Source of the DNA: an uncultured Actinomycetota bacterium
GTDB taxonomy: Bacteria; Actinomycetota; Actinomycetes; Propionibacteriales; Nocardioidaceae
NCBI GenBank assembly: GCA_963818365.1
Contig: CAWFRT010000005.1
Location: 4,920-68,919, forward strand
Length of the DNA: 64,000 nt
Direction: 5' to 3'
Positions within the stretch are counted from its first letter, which is position 1; each line of letters starts with the position of its first letter. Under the pieces are notes generated by a model, which saw nothing but the letters and a program-made list of their open reading frames with translations, did not search any database and was not told where the DNA came from. Of the stretch, positions 37,985 to 46,512 are shown in pieces. The translations under genes and the position numbers were made by a program.

Positions 37985-39319
37985 ATGAAGACAGTAGTCA
38001 TCGGTGGCGGTTCGGCAGGCACGGGCGCAGCCGGAGGGGTGAAAGCGGCCAATCCCGAAAACGAAGTCGTTGTTTACACCGACTTCCAGGACATCGCCTA
38101 CAGCCCTTGCGGCATCCCATTTGTGCACGGCAAGGAGATCGAGAGTTTCTCCAAGCTCTTCTTGGCCACCAAAGAGGACTACGTCAAAGCCGGCATCGAC
38201 ATCCACTACAACACCACCGTCACCAGCATTGATGTGAAGGCAAAGACCATCGAGGTCGAGGGCGAAGGAACGGTCTCGTGGGATCGGCTGGTCATCGCGA
38301 GCGGCTTCAAGTACGCCAACCCCGGCGTTCCGGGCGGGGATCTCGACGGTCTCTACTACATGAAGAACATCCGCGAAGCCGAGATCTGGGACAAGCGCCT
38401 CGACACGGTCAAGAAGGCCGTCGTGATCGAGGCCGGACCGCTGGGTGCGGAGATGGTGAGCGCCCTTGCCCACCGCGGGATCGAGACTCATGTGGTCGAC
38501 CCTCACCCGTGGGCGTTGAGTGAGATCGCCGACCCCGACATCGTGGCTCCCGTCGAACAGGCCTGGCGAGACCAGGGCGTGCACCTGCACTTCAACACCA
38601 AACTCGAGGCTTTCCTCGGCAGCGGAACCGTGACCGGGGTGCGTACGTCGGAGGGTGATATCGACTGCGACATGGTTGTCGTGGCGACCCACAAGACCCC
38701 TGACACCAAGTTGGCGACGGCGGCCGGACTCAAGATCGGCTCGACCGGTGGGATCATCGTCGGCAACGACATGTCCACGTCTGCACCCGGGGTGTGGGCA
38801 GCCGGCGACTGCATCGAAGTGGTCCTGGGGCAGACCAAGATTCCGATCCAGGGGCTCACGGGCTCGCATGCCTATTCGCAGGGGAAGGTCGCTGGCTTCA
38901 ATGCTGGCGGTGGGGCTGGCGGGAAGGTCTATTCGCCGGTCTACGTCCCCTGGGGAATGCTCGCGGCCAACCAGATGGTGGGTGGGGTTGCCCTCGGCGA
39001 AACGCTGGCCGCCAGTCTCGGCATCCCACACATTGTGGGCAGTGCCCAGGGGATCTCGCGGGCTCGCTACTACCCCGGCGTACAACCGGTGAAGATCAAA
39101 CTCCTCGCCGACCCGGCAACTCACAAGTTGATCGGGGCCCAGATGGTCGGCGGCGAAGGCATCAAGGAGCGAGCAGACTTCCTGGCGATGTGTGTGCGCA
39201 AGGGCATCACCCTCGAGGACCTAGCGACGATGGAGAACGTCTATTCGCCGGCGATCGGCGCCCTTAACGAACCCATCTCCGTGGCCGCGCAAAACACTCT
39301 CGCGGCGTTGAAGAAGTGA
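37985..39319 (+). CDS. FAD-dependent pyridine nucleotide-disulfide oxidoreductase, CoA-disulfide reductase/NADH oxidase type
   Basis: IGGGSAG, AYSPCGIPF single redox Cys, WAAGDC, GAQMVG, YSP dimerization tail. Confidence 0.88.
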   Translation: MKTVVIGGGSAGTGAAGGVKAANPENEVVVYTDFQDIAYSPCGIPFVHGKEIESFSKLFLATKEDYVKAGIDIHYNTTVTSIDVKAKTIEVEGEGTVSWDRLVIASGFKYANPGVPGGDLDGLYYMKNIREAEIWDKRLDTVKKAVVIEAGPLGAEMVSALAHRGIETHVVDPHPWALSEIADPDIVAPVEQAWRDQGVHLHFNTKLEAFLGSGTVTGVRTSEGDIDCDMVVVATHKTPDTKLATAAGLKIGSTGGIIVGNDMSTSAPGVWAAGDCIEVVLGQTKIPIQGLTGSHAYSQGKVAGFNAGGGAGGKVYSPVYVPWGMLAANQMVGGVALGETLAASLGIPHIVGSAQGISRARYYPGVQPVKIKLLADPATHKLIGAQMVGGEGIKERADFLAMCVRKGITLEDLATMENVYSPAIGALNEPISVAAQNTLAALKK

Positions 39320-39326
39320 TCCGCCG

Positions 39327-39584
39327 GTGAGTTTCTCAACGTGGTTGCGATCCAACTCGCAGCATTATCTAGTGGCGGCCTCGCAAGAGGAGATCGCTAA
39401 GCGTCACGGCGTACCCGGCCCAAAGCGGTACGGCGGCTTCTCGGAGTTCTTTTGGCTCAGCATCTTTGCTCCTCTCTATCGAATCCTCCCCTGGAAGTTG
39501 CGCCATGCAGTCATGCGCGGAATGCCTGGGAGTCACCGTCGGCATTGGGACTACCCCACCGACACCACAGGACCGGCGATATGA
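39327..39584 (+). CDS. Small hypothetical protein in the operon
   Basis: Protein-like composition (FWLSIFAPLYRILPW, MPGSHRRHW); 7 bp after the oxidoreductase stop. Confidence 0.7.
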   Translation: MSFSTWLRSNSQHYLVAASQEEIAKRHGVPGPKRYGGFSEFFWLSIFAPLYRILPWKLRHAVMRGMPGSHRRHWDYPTDTTGPAI

Positions 39585-39739
39585 CGCGCCGAGCCTGCCC
39601 CAGAACGGCGCTAAGCCGAACCCGCGCAGCCACGCGCATGCAGTTGCACCAGCTCGGCCCTAAGAAGAACGAACCCAAGAAGAATCAGCCCGAGAAGAAT
39701 CAGCCCGAGAAAATCAGCGCAGTGAGAGGAATCTGAAAC

Positions 39740-40225
39740 ATGCCAAAGACAGTCAACTGGGGACCCCCAGCGGTCGGTGAGTCCCTTTTCAACGACGAGA
39801 AGTTGTTTGAGGACATCAAGGCCAACGAAGGCGAAAAGGCCTTCATCTTCATTCACACGGTGCCTTACGAGGGCTCGGTCGCCCTGGTGAACCTGCTGAC
39901 CTCGACGCGACTTCGTCGCAAGGGTTTCGAAGTCAACATCATCCTTTATGGCCCTGGCGTGCTCCTTGCTTCGGGCACCCGCGGCTTCCCGACCATTGGC
40001 GCCGAGGCGTTCCCAGGTCACATGGCGATCAACAAGCAACTGGGTGTGCTGATGGACGAAGGCGCAACGATCTATGCCTGCCGTTTCGCCATGGGTGCTC
40101 TCTACGGCATGGGTGAGGATCAATTGATCCCCGGGGTGAAGGCATTCCACCCGCTCGACGTACTCGACTCGGCGCTCACCGCCTGGCGTGCCGGCGCCTT
40201 CCAGATGAACACCTGGACGGTCTGA
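39740..40225 (+). CDS. MSMEG_0572/Sll0783 (NitB, DsrE-like) family protein
   Basis: FIHTVPYEGSVALVNLLT, LYGPGV, AFPGH, IYACRFAMGALYG. Confidence 0.88.
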   Translation: MPKTVNWGPPAVGESLFNDEKLFEDIKANEGEKAFIFIHTVPYEGSVALVNLLTSTRLRRKGFEVNIILYGPGVLLASGTRGFPTIGAEAFPGHMAINKQLGVLMDEGATIYACRFAMGALYGMGEDQLIPGVKAFHPLDVLDSALTAWRAGAFQMNTWTV

Positions 40226-40243
40226 TCTAGATACCCTCCCGCG

Positions 40244-40283
40244 GACGTCATACGAAGTGGTGCGAACCATTTCGTATGACGTC
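40244..40283. repeat. 40-bp palindrome (18-bp arms, 4-nt loop)
   Basis: GACGTCATACGAAGTGGT-GCGA-ACCATTTCGTATGACGTC, one mismatch. Confidence 0.8.
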
Positions 40284-40289
40284 TTGCGG

Positions 40290-40360
40290 GGTTTCGAGAC
40301 GGCGCTAACGCGCCTCCTCAACCACCGGACGGGACGGCGCTAACGCGCCTCCTCAACCAA
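40290..40360 (+). repeat. REP-like element, two units
   Basis: GGTTTCGAGAC-GGCGCTAACGCGCC-TCCTCAACCA, then a second hairpin and tail. Confidence 0.85.
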
Positions 40361-40414
40361 CATGCAGGACGGCGCGCAGGCGCCGGCTCAACCGCCAACC
40401 ACGAAGGAGGAGCC

Positions 40415-41083
40415 ATGGACGGCATTGCTGACATGGGAGGAAAACCCGGTTGGGGGGCGGCCAAGCCGCCGGCCGCCGACGAACCTGTCTTTGCCGAGGA
40501 GTGGGAGGGTCGAGCCTTCGCGTTGGCGCTGTTGTCGATGCGCACGGCGGGCACCAACCTCGACTCGTTCCGTCACGCGTTGGATCGCCAACCACGCGAG
40601 AAATACATCGACGACGGCTATTACGGACGGTGGCTGCACGCTGCCGAACTGATGCTCGTCGAGTCCTCGATCCTGGCCCCGGATGCGGTTGAGGCCCGCG
40701 CCCGCAATCTGCGCGGCGAAGGTATCCCCGAGCCCGGCATCCCCGAGCCCAACAAGCCCGACTATGCCCCAACCGCGGCGGGTTCACTGCGACCGATCGA
40801 CGACGTGCCCGTCTTTGCCATCGGAGACCGTGTACGCGCAAAGGACATTAGCCCCGCCAAGCACACCCGACTAGTCGGCTATGTGCGTGGCCGCGAGGGT
40901 GTGGTGTCGCGGATCGAACCGTCAGCGCTGTTGCCCGACACTCACGCCACTTTCGAGGGCGAAAACCCGCAAAACGTCTATTGCGTCAGTTTTGACTCCC
41001 ACGAATTGTGGGGCGCCGACGCGGAGTCATTCACCTTGAACATTGATCTTTGGGAAAGCTATTTGGAGGCTGCGTCATCATGA
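40415..41083 (+). CDS. nthB: Nitrile hydratase beta subunit
   Basis: [50 protein letters not shown]. Confidence 0.95.
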   Translation: MDGIADMGGKPGWGAAKPPAADEPVFAEEWEGRAFALALLSMRTAGTNLDSFRHALDRQPREKYIDDGYYGRWLHAAELMLVESSILAPDAVEARARNLRGEGIPEPGIPEPNKPDYAPTAAGSLRPIDDVPVFAIGDRVRAKDISPAKHTRLVGYVRGREGVVSRIEPSALLPDTHATFEGENPQNVYCVSFDSHELWGADAESFTLNIDLWESYLEAASS

Positions 41084-41661
41084 GCGAGGAACATCTGCCG
41101 ATCCAACTTCGAACCGAGGCGCTGGAGCAACTGCTTGTTGAGCGGGGACTGGTCGATCCGTCGATCATGGACCGCTTCATCAGCACCTACGCCAACGACG
41201 TTGGTCCGCTCAACGGCGCCAAGGTCGTCGCGAAGGCCTGGACCGATCCGGACTACAAAGCCCGCTTGCTTGAGGAGGGCACCGCCGCGATCGGCGAGCT
41301 CGGCTTCAAGGGGCCGCAGGGCGAGCACATGGTGGTCGTGGAGAACACTGACGACACCCACAACGTGGTCGTGTGCACGCTCTGCTCGTGTTATCCGTGG
41401 CCGGTGTTGGGATTGCCGCCGAGTTGGTACAAAGACCCGGCGTATCGCTCGCGGGTCGTCCGCGAGCCTCGCGCTGTGTTGTCCGAGATGGGCCTCAACG
41501 TGCCCGCTGAGAAGGACATCAAGGTCTGGGACTCCTCCTCTGAGGTGCGTTTCTTCGTGTTGCCACAGCGCCCGGCTGGGACCGAGTCCTTGTCGGAAGA
41601 GGAACTGGCGGCCCTAGTCACCCGGGACGCAATGGTCGGCGTTGCCGAGGTGTCCGTATGA
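41080..41661 (+). CDS. nthA: Nitrile hydratase alpha subunit, cobalt type
   Basis: [21 protein letters not shown]; CTLCSC is the Co-type motif (Fe-type has CSLCSC). Confidence 0.97.
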   Translation: MSEEHLPIQLRTEALEQLLVERGLVDPSIMDRFISTYANDVGPLNGAKVVAKAWTDPDYKARLLEEGTAAIGELGFKGPQGEHMVVVENTDDTHNVVVCTLCSCYPWPVLGLPPSWYKDPAYRSRVVREPRAVLSEMGLNVPAEKDIKVWDSSSEVRFFVLPQRPAGTESLSEEELAALVTRDAMVGVAEVSV

Positions 41662-42047
41662 CGTCCGCCTCCGGCGTACTCGACATCGAAGGGGTGGCCG
41701 CTCCTCCGCGCTCTAATGGCGAGTTGGTCTTTGGCGCCCCCTGGGAGAGCCGAACCTTCGGGATGGCGATGGCGCTGTATGACGCCGGCGCCTTCGCGTG
41801 GGATGACTTTCGCGATGCGTTGATCGCGCGGATCTCGGCCTGGGAGGCGGACCCGCCCGAGGGCGAGTGCTACTCCTACTACCAATGCTGGCAGGGTGCC
41901 CTCGAAGATGTGCTCGCGGCCAAGGGTCTCGTCACCCCCGACACGTTGGCCACCCGCGGTGCCGAACTGGCGGCTCGTCCCGCAGGCTATGACCACGGTC
42001 ACGATCATGGCGACGGGGACCACGACCACGGAGACCACCACCACTAG
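41658..42047 (+). CDS. Nitrile hydratase accessory/activator protein with His-rich tail
   Basis: [23 protein letters not shown], tail [17 protein letters not shown]. Confidence 0.9.
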   Translation: MTSASGVLDIEGVAAPPRSNGELVFGAPWESRTFGMAMALYDAGAFAWDDFRDALIARISAWEADPPEGECYSYYQCWQGALEDVLAAKGLVTPDTLATRGAELAARPAGYDHGHDHGDGDHDHGDHHH

Positions 42048-42054
42048 ACGAACA

Positions 42055-42097
42055 GAGTGGAGGAAATAGCGCACCTGGTGCGCTATTTCCTCCACTC
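42055..42097. repeat. Perfect 43-bp palindrome, family P
   Basis: 20-bp arms GAGTGGAGGAAATAGCGCAC / GTGCGCTATTTCCTCCACTC, CTG loop. Confidence 0.92.
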
Positions 42098-42104
42098 TAA
42101 TCCG

Positions 42105-43067
42105 CTACCCCACCCGGCCGAGGGCGATAACGCAGCCCTGTCCGCACGGGTGGAGGGTTCCCTCCCAGCCACCGGCTTCCAGGAGTTGTCCGATGCGCTG
42201 CGCGGTGTGACAGCCGCGGTTGTGGACCTGACCCCAACCCAGCCGCACGGTTTGTCGCCCGTCGACTAGGGCATCCAGATCTCGGTCGAGGTCGCGGTCT
42301 CGTTGGTGCGACGAAGCATGGAAGAGGCGGCCATCGAGTTCAACGGTCAGCCCGAAAGGCTCGAAAGTGAGGTCGTCATAGAGCTTGCCAACGGTGCCAA
42401 CCCACGAGACCTGATGTAACGCCGGAGGCAATCCGTGAGGTCGTTGGACAAGGCGAACGAAGTCGTTTTCCAACACCGAGTGGGTCCCCATCGCAACGTC
42501 ATTGAGGATGCCGATCAGCCAGTCGCGTCGCCGCAACCGCGGACGTTGGTGTAGCGCGGCCAGCAACCGCTCGGGCGTCGTACGCCGTGAGCGGCAGGCG
42601 TCCGCAACCACCTCAAGGGCGTCCATCTCGAAGGGCTGCTCGGCGGCAACATCGAGAACCGCCTCTTCAATCCGCACCCGAGGAGGGCTGCCCTCTCGGA
42701 CGCGGTCGTCAAAGTCGCCCTGTCGGCAGATGACATAGCCGGTTCGCGATTTGACCCGTCTCCCTTGCGAGACCGTGATCGTGATCGGGTCGGCGTCACG
42801 TTCGGGGTGCCAGCCCGGACCGTTGGCGACCCGCAGGGCAGATGTCTTGCCGAGCGCGGCCGGGGCATAGAACAACGTGCCTGCCCACGCCCGTTGTATC
42901 CAGGTCGGCTGACCTGTGTGGTTGATGAAGACCCCGGGCATCAGCCGCACCAGTTGGCGCCTCCGGAGCATTCGATCGAGCGCAGGCTTGGTTACACCGA
43001 TCGCCACCAGCTGTCGGCGAGACACCACACCGTTTTGGTCTGCGAAGAGTTGTCCGAGGGCATTCAT
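42105..43067 (-). CDS. AbiEi-antitoxin-like N-terminal domain plus DUF559/Vsr-like nuclease-fold protein
   Basis: QNGVVSRRQL, LVRLMPGVF, HSVLE, VELDGRLFH, DRDLDRD, TVRLGW. Confidence 0.8.
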   Translation of the reverse strand: MNALGQLFADQNGVVSRRQLVAIGVTKPALDRMLRRRQLVRLMPGVFINHTGQPTWIQRAWAGTLFYAPAALGKTSALRVANGPGWHPERDADPITITVSQGRRVKSRTGYVICRQGDFDDRVREGSPPRVRIEEAVLDVAAEQPFEMDALEVVADACRSRRTTPERLLAALHQRPRLRRRDWLIGILNDVAMGTHSVLENDFVRLVQRPHGLPPALHQVSWVGTVGKLYDDLTFEPFGLTVELDGRLFHASSHQRDRDLDRDLDALVDGRQTVRLGWGQVHNRGCHTAQRIGQLLEAGGWEGTLHPCGQGCVIALGRVG

Positions 43068-43118
43068 CGGTCCAGTGTGTGCGAATCGGCCGACCCAAGG
43101 CGCACGAGCCCCGCTGCC

Positions 43119-43143
43119 TGTGGATGAACCCGCGTGTGGATAA
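43119..43143. promoter_or_regulatory. Two DnaA-box-like 9-mers upstream of the AbiEi/DUF559-like gene
   Basis: TGTGGATAA (43135-43143, reverse complement of TTATCCACA) and TGTGGATGA (43119-43127). Confidence 0.5.
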
Positions 43144-43148
43144 CTAAC

Positions 43149-43185
43149 TGGAGGAAATGGCGCATCTGGTGCGCTATTTCCTCCA
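43149..43185. repeat. Palindrome, family P
   Basis: TGGAGGAAATGGCGCA-TCTGG-TGCGCTATTTCCTCCA. Confidence 0.88.
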
Positions 43186-43369
43186 ACTTAGTCGCCGGAA
43201 AGTTGAGGCTCGCTGATTTAGCGCGTGAATGTGGTCATGGCGACCGTCCAGCTGCGCAACTATGACGCCGCGGCCCATGGCGCTCCGCGGCAGCGAGGTG
43301 CCGATTCGACCCATGCCACGCCTGGCGCGCACCCAGGCGTCGAGTGCGTCGTCGACGTCACGGGCTGAA

Positions 43370-43696
43370 ATGGATGGTTTGATCGCCACCGCAATGGGGC
43401 TCTTCAAGATTGCGGCCGTCGTCGCCGCGACTCTCGCCTCGTCGTGGGCTCTCTTTATGTTCGGCTACTCGAACCCCGAACTGGCTGCGCAGTGGCTGCC
43501 GCGCTTCGATGTTGTCACCAGACACCTTTGGGGGCTGGGCGTCTTGCTCGCCCTATTGGGGCTGAGCATCGGTGCATCGACGAGTCTCATTGCGCGACGG
43601 ATAGGCCAGTCAGCGTGGGCCTTGGTGCCGGGCCTCTGGGTGGTGGCTTGCTTCGCCGTCCTTCTGCTCGGTCCGCATTCCTCGTCGGGTTCCTGA
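43370..43696 (+). CDS. Small hypothetical membrane protein (about three TM helices)
   Basis: Hydrophobic ORF lying between two family-P palindromes. Confidence 0.55.
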   Translation: MDGLIATAMGLFKIAAVVAATLASSWALFMFGYSNPELAAQWLPRFDVVTRHLWGLGVLLALLGLSIGASTSLIARRIGQSAWALVPGLWVVACFAVLLLGPHSSSGS

Positions 43697-43717
43697 CTCT
43701 GGTGGATAACAACTAAC

Positions 43718-43754
43718 TGGAGGAAATGGCGCACCAGGTGCGCTATTTCCTCCA
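43718..43754. repeat. Palindrome, family P
   Basis: TGGAGGAAATGGCGCAC-CAG-GTGCGCTATTTCCTCCA. Confidence 0.88.
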
Positions 43755-43774
43755 CTTAAGTGTCGACCGCCTCC

Positions 43775-44956
43775 TCAGCCGGCGGAAGGGTCGCCGTACA
43801 ACTCAAGGTGGCGGAGGGCGCTGCCGGTCCAGGAATACTTCTCGGCGACGGGTCGCCCGCCCTCGACCAGCCGCGCGCGCAACTCACCGTCGATCGCGAC
43901 TCGCTCCAACGCATCGGCCAGCGCCAGATGATCGGCCACAGCAGGCATCAACGCAGACACCCCGTCGACCAAATATTCGCCGAACACATCAATGTCAGAG
44001 GTCACCGCGGGCCGCCCAGCCGCCAACGCTTCCAGCACCGCGAGACCCCAGCCTTCGTTTGTCGACGGATAGGCGAGCGCGTCGCAGGCGTGATACCAAC
44101 CCACCAACTCTGACTCCGGCACAGTGCCGAGGATGATCACGTCTTTGTCCAACGCCAAACCCAACTCGTCGATCTCGCGCAGGCAATTGTCGCGATAGGC
44201 CGCATAGTCCTGAAACGAGTGACCACCCAACACAGCGACAGCTGGCGGCGAAGGCATCCGCGACTTCAACTCCGCGAGCGCCCGCACGAGATGGATCGCC
44301 CCTTTGCGTGGCTCGAGGCCGCCGACGGCAAGGAACAAGAAGCGATCAGGGGGGATGCCGGTGCGCGCCCGCAACTTTGCAACCAAGTCATCGTCAGCGG
44401 CCGCAAACCGCGGCAGATCCACTCCGTTCCACACCACTGATGCCTCAACCCCATAGTCCGCCAGCAACAATTGGCGCCAATGATCGCTGACCACGAAGAC
44501 CTGATCGGGTTCGTGGATCGCGGCGATCTGGCAATCGATGAGGGCCTGCGTGGTGAAGTCGTCGACGTGATGAACGGTGCGTACGACGCGCACGGGAGTG
44601 TCGCCGTGAGCGATCTGGGCCTCCCTCACCCGCACCGCCGCCCGCGCAGAAATGCAGTCCTGGGTGTGCAGGATGTCGAATCCTCCGACGGCCCGTTGCA
44701 ACCCGACCTCCAGGGCATCAATGCTGGCGAAGACCTTCTCTTCCAAGGTGCCTACATCGCCGGGAGCGGGGAACACCAGCGTCGGAGCAGCGACCTCCCG
44801 ATAGAAGCCCACCTCCGGATCGCCGAGCGTGATGATCGTGACATCCGCACCCGCGGCGTACATCGCCTCGCCCAACGCGAGAGTGTGCACCACCCCTCCG
44901 CGAGGTTTGGTGGAGTAGGTGATTAGCGCTATCCGCGGGCCAGATCTCTCGGGCAC
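43775..44956 (-). CDS. MSMEG_0565-family GT4 glycosyltransferase
   Basis: IALITYSTKPRGGVVHTLAL, LHTQDCIS, TVHHVDDFT, GGLEPRKG, EGWGLAVLEALA. Confidence 0.92.
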   Translation of the reverse strand: MPERSGPRIALITYSTKPRGGVVHTLALGEAMYAAGADVTIITLGDPEVGFYREVAAPTLVFPAPGDVGTLEEKVFASIDALEVGLQRAVGGFDILHTQDCISARAAVRVREAQIAHGDTPVRVVRTVHHVDDFTTQALIDCQIAAIHEPDQVFVVSDHWRQLLLADYGVEASVVWNGVDLPRFAAADDDLVAKLRARTGIPPDRFLFLAVGGLEPRKGAIHLVRALAELKSRMPSPPAVAVLGGHSFQDYAAYRDNCLREIDELGLALDKDVIILGTVPESELVGWYHACDALAYPSTNEGWGLAVLEALAAGRPAVTSDIDVFGEYLVDGVSALMPAVADHLALADALERVAIDGELRARLVEGGRPVAEKYSWTGSALRHLELYGDPSAG

Positions 44957-46512
44957 TACAGGACCTTCTTCACCAGAGCGGGGTCGCGGGTCGCAATAGC
45001 GCCCGCTGCCAACGCCGCCCGGGCGGCCGTCTCGGTGACGATGCAGCCAGCGGCTTCCAGGGTGGACCGTTGGGCGGCGAAACCCTGCGGATCCTGGTCG
45101 GTGCCGAGGACGTACGCCACGACTTGAGCGCCCCCGGCATCGTGAATCTCACGACAAGCCGGGGCAAGCTGTCCGGCGGGATCATCGTGGGACCCATAAC
45201 CGATCACCACGTCGAGCAGGATCGCTGCCAGGTCGGACTCTTGACCGGCCTCGCGTAGCAGCTCCAATCGAGCCTCCGGGTCGATCATCGGGTGTGGCCG
45301 ACCTTGGGTGTATTCCTCCTCGCCAAGATCCAAACAGATGTGCGAGCCTGCCGGGGCCGGGACATGGAGGGACTTGTCGAGCGGGGTGTTTGACCAGACC
45401 TTGCCAAGAATCGGCCCCAGGATGGTTAGTGCTTCGTAGCACAGTGTGCCGCCCGAATAGAGGCCCCGCACCAGCGTCTGCTCTTCGCGAAGTCTTCCCA
45501 GGGAGTGGGTGATGGAGCTTTCGAGTGAACCCACCACATCAGGCACTTCGTCGCCGAGCAACCGCAGCGTTTCGAGCACGCCTGCCTCAAGCGTCGCGGC
45601 CACGCGAGCCGTGGACGGTAGCTCAAAGGAGGCTGTCGTGCCGACGTACGCCGCCACAAAAGGCATGTCGCCAGCCTCGGCGATCACTGCCCTGGCTACG
45701 TCGTCGGCGGGGGGCTTCGACACAAAGAGGATGGCTTCGACGTCATCGCGGGCTCGCAGCGACGCCACCGCCAGCCGGGCCATCCGGCCGTCGACTTCGG
45801 CGTTGAGGTCGCGCCCACCCAGCCCGATCACGGCGATCACACCCTCGCCAAATCGGTCGAGCAAACTCATCGCTTCCTGGGCGCCCGTGCCGGCGGCCGC
45901 GATCACGCCGATCCGGCCAGGCTTCACCACGTTGGCAAAGCCAAGCCCGGTCTCGCCCAACATCGCGGTGCCCGCGCCCGGACCCATCACCAGCCGCCCA
46001 AGCGCACGGGCCCGGTCCTTGAGTTCGATTTCAGCATCGACCGGGATGTTGTCGCTAAAGAGCAACACGTCGAGCCCAGCCGACAGCGCCTTGTGGGCCT
46101 CAAGCGGGGCATAGTCGCCGGGCACAGAGATGACGGCGACATTGCTGCCGGGTTGGGCTTCGATGGCGGCCCGCAGAGAGCGAGGGCTGGCCACCGGGCC
46201 GGACGCAGCCGATTCACGCGTGCTGAAAACGGCGGTTTCGGCAGCGTCCAGGGCCGCCGCGACAACTTCATCTGAAGCAGAGCGCACCGCAAAGAAGAGA
46301 TCGTTTCCGCCGGCCGGCTCGATCGACGCCGTGTCGAAACCTTCGGCTCGCAATTCCTCTAGATTGGCGGACGTCGCCATCGCGACCGCCGTCCATTCGA
46401 CTCCGGCAACGGCATACATTGCCCGCGTTCCCGAGAGTTGCACCACCGAGTCGACGTAGGTGTCGCGGAACACCTTGAGGGCCCGATTGCTTGCTGCGCT
46501 TTCCCGGCTCAT
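44956..46512 (-). CDS. fdrA: FdrA-family acyl-CoA synthetase-like protein (AllF-like)
   Basis: YVDSVVQL, ISVPGDYA, FSDN, MGPGAGT, GLYSGGTLCYE, DLGEEEYTQGRPHPMIDP. Confidence 0.9.
   Translation of the reverse strand: MSRESAASNRALKVFRDTYVDSVVQLSGTRAMYAVAGVEWTAVAMATSANLEELRAEGFDTASIEPAGGNDLFFAVRSASDEVVAAALDAAETAVFSTRESAASGPVASPRSLRAAIEAQPGSNVAVISVPGDYAPLEAHKALSAGLDVLLFSDNIPVDAEIELKDRARALGRLVMGPGAGTAMLGETGLGFANVVKPGRIGVIAAAGTGAQEAMSLLDRFGEGVIAVIGLGGRDLNAEVDGRMARLAVASLRARDDVEAILFVSKPPADDVARAVIAEAGDMPFVAAYVGTTASFELPSTARVAATLEAGVLETLRLLGDEVPDVVGSLESSITHSLGRLREEQTLVRGLYSGGTLCYEALTILGPILGKVWSNTPLDKSLHVPAPAGSHICLDLGEEEYTQGRPHPMIDPEARLELLREAGQESDLAAILLDVVIGYGSHDDPAGQLAPACREIHDAGGAQVVAYVLGTDQDPQGFAAQRSTLEAAGCIVTETAARAALAAGAIATRDPALVKKVL

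Noticed and set aside
40415-42047. Thiocyanate hydrolase
   Set aside because: The beta subunit is one full-length chain with beta-alpha-activator order, as in Co-type NHases; thiocyanate hydrolase splits the beta equivalent in two. Substrate remains untested
34969-43755. Repeated peptide MEEIAHLVRYFLH in several ORF-track entries
   Set aside because: It is the translation of the family-P palindrome read on either strand, not a protein family
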